From contig DASPJI010000874.1 in NCBI GenBank assembly GCA_035628695.1, forward strand, positions 1 through 37,098: 37,098 nt of DNA, written 5' to 3'. This stretch comes from Thermoanaerobaculia bacterium. GTDB taxonomy: Bacteria > Acidobacteriota > Thermoanaerobaculia > Multivoradales > UBA5704. A model generated the notes under the pieces. The model did not search any database. It saw nothing but the letters and a program-made list of their open reading frames with translations, and had not been told where the DNA came from. The translations under genes were made by a program, and so were the position numbers. Below, in pieces: positions 27,410 through 35,696 of this stretch (position 1 is its first letter; each line of letters opens with the position of its first letter).

Positions 27410-28048
27410 CTAGGCCTCGTCGGTCTTGCCCTTCTTGATGACCTCGGGCTCGGCGCGGTCGGACCCTTCGCCCGCCTCGTCCTCAGTCCGGCCATGCGTC
27501 AGGGAGACGATGACCCGCTCGGGCTCGTCCAGCAGGGTGACGCCCTTGGGGAGCTGCAGGGCGCTCGCCTCCACGTGCTGCCCGGTGCGCAGCTCGGTGA
27601 CGTCGAGCTCGATCCGGTGCGGGATGTCGGCGGGCAGCGCCTCGATGTGCACCTCGCGGGTGACGAAGTCCAGCATGCCGCCCTGGGTCTTGACGCCGTA
27701 GGCGGTGCCGGTCAGCTCGATGGGCACCTGCACGCGCACCTTCTCGGTCATCAGCACGCGCTGGAAGTCCATGTGGATCACCTGCCGGCTGACCGGGTCC
27801 ACCTGGATGTCGCGCACCATGGCGTGCCGCTCCTGGCCGCTCTCCGCCATCTTGAGCAGGAAGATCGGGTTCTCGCCCGCCTTGCCCTTGAGCAGCTCCA
27901 GCATCTTCTTGCGGTTCACCAGGATGGAGACCGACTCCTTGCCGCCGCCGTACACCACGGCGGGGATCTTGCCCGTGCCGCGGGACCGCCGGCTGTCGTT
28001 CTTGCCAGCGCCTTCGCGGCGCTCTACTTCGATGGTCATCTCGCTCAT
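27410..28048 (-). CDS. rplY: 50S ribosomal protein L25 / general stress protein Ctc
   Basis: RGTGKIPAVVYGGG...VRDIQVDPV...HMDFQRV, with the long Ctc-type C-terminal domain. Confidence 0.9.
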   Translation of the reverse strand: MSEMTIEVERREGAGKNDSRRSRGTGKIPAVVYGGGKESVSILVNRKKMLELLKGKAGENPIFLLKMAESGQERHAMVRDIQVDPVSRQVIHMDFQRVLMTEKVRVQVPIELTGTAYGVKTQGGMLDFVTREVHIEALPADIPHRIELDVTELRTGQHVEASALQLPKGVTLLDEPERVIVSLTHGRTEDEAGEGSDRAEPEVIKKGKTDEA

Positions 28049-28069
28049 GATTGCCTCGCTTCTTTCCTT

Positions 28070-29011
28070 CTATACGAACAGGGAGCTCACCGAGCTGTTC
28101 TCGTGGATCCGGCGGATGGCCTCCCCCAGCAGCGGCGCGACCGAACGGTACCGCACCTTGTTGCAGCGGGCGAGCTTCTTGTCCACCGGCGTCGTGTTGG
28201 TGATCAGGACCGACTCGAGCGGCGACGCCTCGATGCGCTGCAACGCCGGCCCGGAGAGGATACCGTGAACGCCCGCCGCCAGGACGCGCTGGGCGCCCTT
28301 GGCCTTGAGCGCGTCCACGGTCTTGCACAGCGTCCCCGCCGTGTCGATGATGTCGTCGACGATCAGGGTGTTGCAGCCGTCGACGTCGCCGATGACGTGC
28401 ATGATCTCGGCTTCGTTGGGGGCGGTGCGGCGCTTATCGACGATCGCCAGCCCCACCTCCATCCGCTTGGCGATGGCCCGCGCCCGCTCGACGCCGCCGG
28501 CGTCCGGCGAGACGATGACCAGGTCCGGGATCTCCAGGTCGCGCACCGCGTCGAGGATCACGGGCGCGGCGAACAGGTGGTCCACCGGCACGTCGAAGAA
28601 CCCCTGGATCTGGTCGGCGTGGAGGTCCATGGTCAGCACCCGGTCGGCGCCGGCGCGGGAGATGAGGTCCGCCACCAGCTTGGCGGTGATCGGCACGCGC
28701 GGCCGGTCCTTCTTGTCCTGGCGCCCGTAGCCGTAGTAGGGGATGACGGCGGTGATGCGGGAGGCCGAGGAGCGCTTGAAGCTGTCCAGCATGATCAGCA
28801 GCTCCATCAGGTTCTCGTTCACCGGCTCACAGGTGGGCTGGACCACGAACACGTCCGACCCGCGGACGTTCTCGTCGATCTGGCAGAAGGTCTCGCCATC
28901 GCTGAAGTTGAAGGCGGACACGCGGCCCGGGGCCACGCCGAGGGAGTCGCAGATCTCCTGCACGAGGGCAGGATGGGACCGTCCACCGAAGATCTTCATT
29001 TCGCCTGGCAT
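28070..29011 (-). CDS. prs: Ribose-phosphate pyrophosphokinase
   Basis: MKIFGGRSHPALVQEIC, and PRPP loop TLIVDDIIDTAGTL. The track ORF was trimmed to ATG 29011 because its N-terminus is the translated tRNA. Confidence 0.95.
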   Translation of the reverse strand: MPGEMKIFGGRSHPALVQEICDSLGVAPGRVSAFNFSDGETFCQIDENVRGSDVFVVQPTCEPVNENLMELLIMLDSFKRSSASRITAVIPYYGYGRQDKKDRPRVPITAKLVADLISRAGADRVLTMDLHADQIQGFFDVPVDHLFAAPVILDAVRDLEIPDLVIVSPDAGGVERARAIAKRMEVGLAIVDKRRTAPNEAEIMHVIGDVDGCNTLIVDDIIDTAGTLCKTVDALKAKGAQRVLAAGVHGILSGPALQRIEASPLESVLITNTTPVDKKLARCNKVRYRSVAPLLGEAIRRIHENSSVSSLFV

Positions 29012-29087
29012 GCTCTCTCGCTCCGAACGAGAATCGAGGCCCGCCTCGCGAGGCCGGGCCCCGAAAAAAGAGGAACCGCTACGTCTC

Positions 29088-29162
29088 TGGTTGGGGCGGG
29101 AGGATTCGAACCTCCGGATGCCAGATCCAAAGTCTGGTGCCTTACCGCTTGGCGACGCCCCA
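29088..29162 (-). tRNA. tRNA-Gln (anticodon UUG), CCA encoded
   Basis: Reverse complement is TGGGGCGTCGCCAAGCGGTAAGGCACCAGACTTTGGATCTGGCATCCGGAGGTTCGAATCCTCCCGCCCCAACCA. It shows a 7-bp acceptor stem, anticodon loop CTTTGGA, and T-arm GGAGGTTCGAATCCTCC. Close to E. coli tRNA-Gln as I remember it. Confidence 0.9.
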
Positions 29163-29251
29163 GTCTCGGCCACGATTCGGGACGGCGGCACCGGCCGGCC
29201 GTCCCTTCTGCACCCCGAGCGGGCCGCCGCGGCAGCCGGCCTGGGGCGCCG

Positions 29252-29653
29252 TCAGGTCACGGTCCAGAAGGAGTCGCGGAGATGCATCTCCTCGATCTCC
29301 TCCAGGGTCTTGTCGGAGGTCACTCCGCCCATCGGCCCGCTCATCGGCATGGAGTCGGCGCGGTCACGGGCCAGAGGCTGCGACAGGGTCTCCCCCCGCT
29401 CGCCCAGGACCCGCTCGTACTCGCCGAGCACCTTGTCCTCGATCATCCGCCGCGTCTCGTTGTTCAGCGGATGGGCAACGTCCTTGAACTCGCCGTTCTT
29501 CTTCTTCCGGCTCGGCATGCTGATGAAGAGGCCGTCCCTGCCCTGGATGATCTTGATGTCGTTGACCATGAAGCACTGGTCGAAGACGATCGAGACAAAC
29601 GCCTTGAGCTTGTCCTCGTTGATCGGGAAAACCTTGACCTCGGTGATCTCCAT
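29252..29653 (-). CDS. spoVG: SpoVG family protein with a ~40-aa C-terminal extension
   Basis: MEITEVKVFPINEDKLKAFVSIVFDQCFMVNDIKIIQGRDGLFISMPSRK. Start trimmed to ATG 29653. Confidence 0.9.
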   Translation of the reverse strand: MEITEVKVFPINEDKLKAFVSIVFDQCFMVNDIKIIQGRDGLFISMPSRKKKNGEFKDVAHPLNNETRRMIEDKVLGEYERVLGERGETLSQPLARDRADSMPMSGPMGGVTSDKTLEEIEEMHLRDSFWTVT

Positions 29654-29933
29654 TTCGCGTCCCTCTCCGTCAGCCCTGGTGTCTCTACGCCTTGTACCCG
29701 CATGGGAGAACGGCCACGACGGCAGGTGTTCCCCCGGACGTGGCCCCTTCGGATGTGCAACCGCCACCAAGGCGTCACACCGCCCGAGGGGCCGCATCTA
29801 GTCACGCGCGGGCTTCAATGGCCGCATTATATACCTGGTTGGCCTCCGGGATACGTCTAGGACGGTTCTGGAGATCGCTCGGTCCTGCGCGACCCGACAG
29901 TTGGACCCTGACCCTGGGGTCGGGGCCTCCGTT

Positions 29934-29963
29934 ATGCTAGGGGGCGGAAGGGGCGGCTGTCAA
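29934..29963 (-). promoter_or_regulatory. Candidate promoter TTGACA-18 bp-TAGCAT upstream of spoVG (long leader)
   Basis: On the minus strand, TTGACA is at 29963-29958 and TAGCAT at 29939-29934. A second isolated TATAAT lies at 29831-29826. Confidence 0.35.
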
Positions 29964-29981
29964 CCCGCGGCTGCGGAGCGG

Positions 29982-30722
29982 CTATCCAGGAGGCTCCTCC
30001 GGCTCCTCCGCCAGCTCGCGCAGGCCGGAGTCGTCGCCGCACTCCTCGCGGAAGGCGGCGGGGGCCTCGAGGGGGGCGGGCGGGTTGGCCAGGGGCTCCT
30101 GGAGGACCTCCCGCCAGCGCACCTGCCGGCGCTCGCGGTTGGACAGGATCGCCCAGTCCTCGCGGCGCAGCCACCAGACCGAGGGGGCCCCCTGCTCCCA
30201 GAGGGTCCAGCTCTCCACCACGCCGTCGTCGCGGACCGTCGCGGTCCACCGCCGGCCGCCGCCGTCGTTGAAGGTGAGCTCGTTGCCCTGCTGATTCGGC
30301 GCCGCCGCCGGCTGGGCCGGGACCCGGCCGAGCAGCAGCGACGGCAGCGAGAGCAGCGGGAAGGGGCCGAGGGCGACGCCCGACAGGTCGAAGCTCCCCT
30401 CGAAGGCGCAGAAGGTGCGGCCGCGATGGTTCAGGGAGAGCCCCTTGCCGCCGGTCACGTCGAGGCTCCAGAGCGCCCGGCCCACCGGGTCCACGGCCTG
30501 CACCTGGTAGCGGTCCGCCGCGGCCAGCCGCAGGGTCACGCGGAAGCTCCCCTCCCCCTCCGGGCCGGAGTAGCCGACGCGGTAGAGACGTTGGGAGCCG
30601 TAGGCGCCGTCGGGCATCTCCCAGGGGGGGATGCCCACGCCCGGCAGGGGGCGGGGCGAGGGGCCGGTGGCGCAGCCGGTCAGCAGCGCCAGGGTGGCAC
30701 AGAGGCCCAGGAGGGTGCGCAA
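29982..30722 (-). CDS. Putative lipoprotein (LolB-like size and position; unassigned)
   Basis: The only plausible start downstream of the TPR stop is TTG 30722, which gives (M)RTLLGLCATLALLTGC with lipobox LLTGC. The body looks beta-rich. Confidence 0.55.
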   Translation of the reverse strand: MRTLLGLCATLALLTGCATGPSPRPLPGVGIPPWEMPDGAYGSQRLYRVGYSGPEGEGSFRVTLRLAAADRYQVQAVDPVGRALWSLDVTGGKGLSLNHRGRTFCAFEGSFDLSGVALGPFPLLSLPSLLLGRVPAQPAAAPNQQGNELTFNDGGGRRWTATVRDDGVVESWTLWEQGAPSVWWLRREDWAILSNRERRQVRWREVLQEPLANPPAPLEAPAAFREECGDDSGLRELAEEPEEPPG

Positions 30723-30738
30723 GATAGGGGAGGCCCGC

Positions 30739-32739
30739 TCAACGGGACCGGGGGCTCGCCTGCAGCCGGTCCAGCTTCCGGCGCACCTGCTCGGCGTTGT
30801 CGTCGCCCAGCTCCAGCGCCCGCCGGTACACCTCCAACGCCTTGTCGGTCTGCCCCAACGCCACATACACATCCCCCAGGTGCTCCTGCAGTGTGGCATC
30901 ACCGGGCTCGAGGCGGGCGGCCCGTTCCAGGGCCTCGCGCGCCTGCTCGAAGCGGCCGAGCCGGTAGTAGGCCCAGCCCAGAGAATCGACGTAGGCGCCG
31001 TTGTCCGGCGCGAGGGCGACCGCCCGCCGCGCCAGGGACAGCGCCTCCTCCAGGTTCTCCCCCCGCTCCGCCCAGATATAGCCTAGATAGTTGAGTGCGG
31101 CGTGGAAATCCGGCTGAATCTCGAGCAGCCGGCGGAACAGCGTGATCGCCTCCTGGTGGCGGCCCGTGCGCTCGTAGGCGGTGCCCAGCAGGAACCCCGA
31201 CCCGAGGTCGTCCGGGTGGAGCTGCTGCAGCCGCTGGAGCAGCGGGATCGACGCCTCGTAGCGCTCCGCCCGCTGGTAGGCCTGCGCCGCCGCCAGGATG
31301 GACAGCACGTCCTGGCGGTCGATCGTGGCGGCGCCTCCGGGGGCGACGGCGATCCGGGCGAGCAGCTCCTCGGCCTCCCGCTCCCGGCCGGCGCGCATCA
31401 GCACCTCGGCCCGCTTGCTCACCACCTGCGGCGTGTCGCTGGCGCGGACGAGGAGGCCGAGCGCCTCGTCATAGCGCTTCGCCCGCAGGAGGGCGTCGGC
31501 CTGGAGCAGCAGCGCCTCGGTGCGCACCGCCGGCTCGGCGGCGAGGAGCGGCGCCAGGGCTTGCACCCCCTGGTCCCACTTCTCCATGTCGAACCAGGCC
31601 TGCGCGAGGTCGAGGCGGACGGTGCGCTCCTCCTCGGTCTTCCCCGCCTTGGCGAGCCGTCCGGCGACATCGGCCAGCACGGCCGTGGCCTCCTCGTTCC
31701 GGCCGGCGCGCTGGAGCACCTGGGCCAGGGAGCGCGCCAGGGTGGAGTCGTCCGGCTGCGCCTGGCGCACGCGGATGAGCAGGTCGGCGGCCTCTCCGTT
31801 GCGCCCCTCGGCGGCCAGGACCAGCCCCTTGAGCAGGGACATGCGGCGGTCCCCCGGCTCGGAGCCGAGGAGCGGCTCGACGGTGCGCAACGCGCCCGCG
31901 AGGTCGCCGCTCAGGTAGAGCGCCCAGGCGAGCTGCCGGCCGATCCGCGGGTCGGCCCGCACCGATTCCGGCGCCGCCGACAGCGTCTGCGCCGCCGCCT
32001 GGTTGTCGCCGCGCCGGGATTGCAGGTCGGCGAGCGTCAGCCGCGCCTCCAGCGACTCGGGGGCGAAGGCGAGGAGGTCGCGCAGCGTGCGCTCGGCCTC
32101 CGCCATCTTCTCCGCCCGCATCAGCGCCTCGACGAGGAAGAGATAGACGGTGCGGTTCTGCGGCAGGTTGTGGGAGAGGGCGGAGAGCACCTCGACGCTC
32201 TTCTCCGCCTGCCCCTGGTCGAGGTAGAGGCGGCCGAGGACCAGCGCCATCTGCGGATCGGCCCGCCCCTGACGGTAGACCGCCTCGAAGGCCTCCATCG
32301 CCTTGGCCAGGGCGCCGGGATCCTGCGCCGACAGGTCGAGATAGATGGCGCCCACCGCCCGCAGCACGTCGGGGTTCTCGGGCGCCAGGCGGCGCGCCCG
32401 CTCCACCTTGTCGGTGGCACTGCGCAGCAGCCGCCGCTGCTCGTCCGCCGACTGCGCGGACTGGGCGACGCGGGCGAGGAACTGGGCGTGGTCGACCAGG
32501 ATGTACGGCGCGTCGGGCGCCAGGTCCTCGGCCTTCTCATAGGCCTCCAGCGCCGGCTGCATCTCCCCTTCCGAGGCGAGGGCCTTGGCGATGGCGAACT
32601 GGTACGACGCCTCTTTGGAGAGAGCGGCAGGATCGGAGGGAGCGGCCGCGCCGGCCATGGCCGGCACCAGGGCGCTCCACGACAGCAGGCCAGCGAGCAG
32701 GCGGGCGGCCGGACGGACCATGAGAAACAACCCCTTCAC
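30739..32739 (-). CDS. Tetratricopeptide-repeat protein with N-terminal signal sequence
   Basis: 666 aa of recurring TPR-type A..Y..AL...P repeats, ending in clear TPRs (ALNYLGYIWAERGENLEEALSLARRAVALAPDNGAYVDSLGWAYYRLGRFEQA). Confidence 0.85.
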   Translation of the reverse strand: MKGLFLMVRPAARLLAGLLSWSALVPAMAGAAAPSDPAALSKEASYQFAIAKALASEGEMQPALEAYEKAEDLAPDAPYILVDHAQFLARVAQSAQSADEQRRLLRSATDKVERARRLAPENPDVLRAVGAIYLDLSAQDPGALAKAMEAFEAVYRQGRADPQMALVLGRLYLDQGQAEKSVEVLSALSHNLPQNRTVYLFLVEALMRAEKMAEAERTLRDLLAFAPESLEARLTLADLQSRRGDNQAAAQTLSAAPESVRADPRIGRQLAWALYLSGDLAGALRTVEPLLGSEPGDRRMSLLKGLVLAAEGRNGEAADLLIRVRQAQPDDSTLARSLAQVLQRAGRNEEATAVLADVAGRLAKAGKTEEERTVRLDLAQAWFDMEKWDQGVQALAPLLAAEPAVRTEALLLQADALLRAKRYDEALGLLVRASDTPQVVSKRAEVLMRAGREREAEELLARIAVAPGGAATIDRQDVLSILAAAQAYQRAERYEASIPLLQRLQQLHPDDLGSGFLLGTAYERTGRHQEAITLFRRLLEIQPDFHAALNYLGYIWAERGENLEEALSLARRAVALAPDNGAYVDSLGWAYYRLGRFEQAREALERAARLEPGDATLQEHLGDVYVALGQTDKALEVYRRALELGDDNAEQVRRKLDRLQASPRSR

Positions 32740-32769
32740 AGAGAGAAGGATAGCAGCGGCGCCCGACGC

Positions 32770-32799
32770 TTTACAAGGCTGTCGGGCCGCCTCTATAAT
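32770..32799 (+). promoter_or_regulatory. Candidate sigma-70 promoter TTTACA-18 bp-TATAAT for the MshEN-domain gene
   Basis: TTTACA at 32770-32775 and TATAAT at 32794-32799, in the divergent intergenic region. Confidence 0.5.
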
Positions 32800-32884
32800 G
32801 TCCGCCTTGCTGTTAAGTGGCGAAAAAAGAATAAGTTAGCCGGGGTTCTCCAGAGCAGGGGCAGGTATCGAGGCAGGCGGACGC

Positions 32885-34225
32885 ATGGGCAAGCTGGGAC
32901 AGCTGTTGGTCGCTCGGGGCTGGATCACCGTCCAGCAGCTCACCCGTGCCCTCAAGAACCAGAGCGTGGTCGGGGGCCGGCTGGGCACCTGCCTGCTCGA
33001 GATGGACGCCCTGAGCGAGGAGACGCTGCTCAAGGCGCTCGCCGAGCAGCTCGGCGTGCCGTCCGCCGGCCCCGACGACCTGCGCGGGGTCCCCACCGAG
33101 GTGCTGGAGCTGATCCCGGAGAAGCTGGCGCGCCGCTGCCGCGCCGTGCCCTTCCAGGTGATGGGCAGCCGGGTCGACGTGGCGATGATGGACCCGCGCA
33201 ACATCTCCTGCCAGGACGAGCTGGCCTTCGCCTCCGGCAAGCGGATCAAGGTCCACATCGCCCACGAGCTGCGGCTCTTCGAGGCGCTGGAGCGCTACTA
33301 CCGGGAGGAGATGCCGTCGCGGCTGACGCTGCTCCTCGACCGCCTGAACCGGGCGCGCTACATGTGGGAGAAGCCGGCCGCCGAGCCGGACCTGGCCTCG
33401 GCGGCTCCCGTCCGCCGGCTGGACGACCTCTACGTCACGACGCCGTCCCTGGCGCCGGCGCTGCCCGGGCCGTCCCTGCCGCCCTCGGCACGCGCGGCGC
33501 GGCCGGTGACCGCTCCGCTCCGCCCCGCGACGCCGGCTGCCGCCGCCGCGCCGGCCGCGCCGGCCGCGGAGAGCGTGCCCGCGCCGGCGCCCCGGGTCAT
33601 CCCGCGGAGCCTGACGCTCACCGCGGAGGAGCGGGCCGAGCTCGGCTTCCTCAAGGAGGAGCCACCGCCGTCTCTGCCGCCGCCGGCACCGCCGGCTCCG
33701 GAAGCGCCGCCGCGCCCGAAGCCCTCCTCCACCACCCTCGAGGAGGTGGAGTCGGCCTTCGCCACGGCCAACGAGCGCGAGGAGGTGGCGGAGATCCTGG
33801 TCGCGTTCCTGGCGCGCAGCTACCGGCGCGTGGCGCTCTTCCAGGCCGGCAAGGACAAGGTGAGCGGCTGGCTGGCGCAGGGAGAGGGGATCGAGCGCAA
33901 GGTTTTCGAGCAGTTCTCCGTGGGTTTCGACCAGCCGTCGCTGTTCCTCAACCTGCGGCAGGGCGCCGGCCTCCACATGGGGCCGATGCCGCCGATGCCG
34001 GCGCACCGGGCGCTGGCGCGGGCCTGGGGCGGGGAGCTGCCCAAGGACTGCGTAATGCTGCCCATCCGGATGAAGGACCGCCTCGTGGCCGTGCTGTACG
34101 CGGACGGCGGGCGCAAAGGGGTCGCGGGGGTGGGTCTCCCGCAGTTGCAGAGACTGACGGCCGCCACCGCGGCGGCTTTCGAGCGGTGTATCCTCCACAA
34201 GAAACGCGGTGCGTCCAAGTCTTGA
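32885..34225 (+). CDS. MshEN (GspE N-terminal) domain protein with Pro/Ala-rich linker and GAF-like C-terminal domain
   Basis: N-terminus carries two tandem 24-aa motifs, KLGQLLVARGWITVQQLTRALKNQ and RLGTCLLEMDALSEETLLKALAEQ, separated by 5 aa. The rest of a T2SSE_N-like fold follows (VPFQVMGSRVDVAMMDP). Confidence 0.75.
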   Translation: MGKLGQLLVARGWITVQQLTRALKNQSVVGGRLGTCLLEMDALSEETLLKALAEQLGVPSAGPDDLRGVPTEVLELIPEKLARRCRAVPFQVMGSRVDVAMMDPRNISCQDELAFASGKRIKVHIAHELRLFEALERYYREEMPSRLTLLLDRLNRARYMWEKPAAEPDLASAAPVRRLDDLYVTTPSLAPALPGPSLPPSARAARPVTAPLRPATPAAAAAPAAPAAESVPAPAPRVIPRSLTLTAEERAELGFLKEEPPPSLPPPAPPAPEAPPRPKPSSTTLEEVESAFATANEREEVAEILVAFLARSYRRVALFQAGKDKVSGWLAQGEGIERKVFEQFSVGFDQPSLFLNLRQGAGLHMGPMPPMPAHRALARAWGGELPKDCVMLPIRMKDRLVAVLYADGGRKGVAGVGLPQLQRLTAATAAAFERCILHKKRGASKS

Positions 34226-34244
34226 GATCCCGGGTTCCGGTTTG

Positions 34245-34273
34245 TTGACCTCCCCCGGGCCCATTGCTAGACT
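34245..34273 (+). promoter_or_regulatory. Candidate sigma-70 promoter TTGACC-17 bp-TAGACT for the HU/IHF gene
   Basis: TTGACC at 34245-34250 and TAGACT at 34268-34273. GGAG lies 5 nt before ATG 34295. Confidence 0.5.
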
Positions 34274-34294
34274 CGGCGCCGCTTCGGAGCGGAC

Positions 34295-34561
34295 ATGATC
34301 AAGTCGGACATCGTAGACCGCGTTGCGGAGATCACGGACGTGCCCCGGGTGAAGGCCGCCCAGGCGGTCGACACCATCATCGAGGCGATGAAGAACGCCC
34401 TGTGCGACGGCAAGCGCATCGAGCTGCGCGGCTTCGGGGTGTTCCAGGTGCGCGACCGCAAAAAGGGTGTGGGCCGCAACCCGAAGACCGGCGTCGAAGT
34501 CGCCATCTCCCCCGGCAAGACGGTGCGCTTCAAGCCGGGCAAGGACCTGAAGAATCTCTGA
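34295..34561 (+). CDS. HU/IHF family DNA-binding protein (IHF-alpha-like)
   Basis: MIKSDIVDRVAE...IELRGFGVFQVRDRKKGVGRNPKTGVEVAISPGKTVRFKPGKDLK. Confidence 0.9.
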   Translation: MIKSDIVDRVAEITDVPRVKAAQAVDTIIEAMKNALCDGKRIELRGFGVFQVRDRKKGVGRNPKTGVEVAISPGKTVRFKPGKDLKNL

Positions 34562-34621
34562 GCCTCCCCATCCCCCGGATCCGCCCCGGGAGCAGGACGG
34601 CGGGCTCCCTGCCCCGCCCTG

Positions 34622-34648
34622 GGCTCCGCCATCTCCACCAGCGGAGCC
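34622..34648 (+). terminator. Hairpin GGCTCCGC-N11-GCGGAGCC after the HU/IHF gene
   Basis: 8-bp perfect stem about 60 nt after the stop. No U tract. Confidence 0.25.
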
Positions 34649-34673
34649 CCGTCCGTTCTACCCACCGGTCGAG

Positions 34674-35687
34674 GTGCTGCCGCCGTCGGGCACCACGCCG
34701 GTGCCCGGGATCCACGTCCCCGGCGAGGAGCGCCCGTACCGGCCGCGCTACCTGCGCGCCGCCATCCTCTTCCTGCTGACCTTCTTCACCACCACCACCC
34801 TGGGGCCGGCGGTCTATCTCTGGACCCGCACCGACATGACCACGGACCTGCTGCCGTGGATGTCGCCCGGGGTGATCCGGGGGGTCTGGAGCGATCCGTT
34901 CCTCCTGCGGCTCGGCCTGTCGTTCTCGGTGCCGGTGCTGCTGATCCTCCTCGCCCACGAGCTCGGGCACTACATCGCCTGCCGGCGCTACGGCCTGTCG
35001 GCGACGCTCCCCTACTTCCTGCCGCTGCCGCTGATGCTCGGCACGCTGGGCGCCTTCATCCGCATCCGCTCGCCGATCCGCGGCAAGCGGGAGCTGTTCG
35101 ACGTGGGCGTCGCCGGCCCCCTGGCCGGCTTCGTGATGCTGGTCCCCTTCCTTCTCTATGGGGTGGCGAGGTCGGAACCGGCTCTGGTCGAGCCCGGCAT
35201 CGGCTCGCTCCTCGTCCCCGGCCACTGCCTGGCGCTGGACCTCGCGGTCCGGCTGTTCCACGGCCCGCTGGAGGAGGGGATGGTGATGAACTTCCATCCC
35301 TTCGCCCTGGCCGCCTGGTTCGGCCTGCTGGCGACTGCGATCAACCTGATCCCCCTGGGCCAGCTCGACGGCGGCCACATCCTCTACGCGGCGGCGGGGC
35401 GCTGGCAGAGGCGGCTGGCGGTGCCCATCTGGCTGCTGCTCGCCGTCGCCGGCTTCTCCTGGTCGGGCTGGTGGGTCTGGTGCGTGATGGTCCTGCTGAT
35501 GGGCCTCTTCCATCCGCCGGTGCGGAACGAGCGCCAGCCCCTGGACCGCAAGCGGATCCTCCTCGCCTGGGTCGCCCTGGCGGTGCTGATCCTCTCCTTC
35601 ATCCCTCGCGGCGTGGAGGAGTACCAGACCCCGACGCGCCCCGGGCCGGGCGAGGGCTCGGGGGTGTTCGTGGCGCTCCGGCCGTAG
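34674..35687 (+). CDS. Site-2 protease family (M50) membrane metalloprotease
   Basis: HELGHY zinc motif within a polytopic membrane protein, and NLIPLGQLDGGHI (the second M50 motif). GTG start. Confidence 0.85.
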   Translation: MLPPSGTTPVPGIHVPGEERPYRPRYLRAAILFLLTFFTTTTLGPAVYLWTRTDMTTDLLPWMSPGVIRGVWSDPFLLRLGLSFSVPVLLILLAHELGHYIACRRYGLSATLPYFLPLPLMLGTLGAFIRIRSPIRGKRELFDVGVAGPLAGFVMLVPFLLYGVARSEPALVEPGIGSLLVPGHCLALDLAVRLFHGPLEEGMVMNFHPFALAAWFGLLATAINLIPLGQLDGGHILYAAAGRWQRRLAVPIWLLLAVAGFSWSGWWVWCVMVLLMGLFHPPVRNERQPLDRKRILLAWVALAVLILSFIPRGVEEYQTPTRPGPGEGSGVFVALRP

Positions 35688-35696
35688 CCCCCACCC

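Noticed and set aside
29012-29191. N-terminal extension of the prs ORF (…GASPSGKAPDFGSGIRRFESSRPNQ…)
   Set aside because: That peptide is the spurious translation of tRNA-Gln. The prs homology begins at MPGEMKIFGG.
30723-30902. Upstream ATG (30902) as start of the lipoprotein gene
   Set aside because: It would overlap the TPR gene by ~160 nt and add a non-signal-like N-terminus. TTG 30722 yields a canonical signal peptide plus lipobox, although its RBS is weak, hence the moderate confidence.
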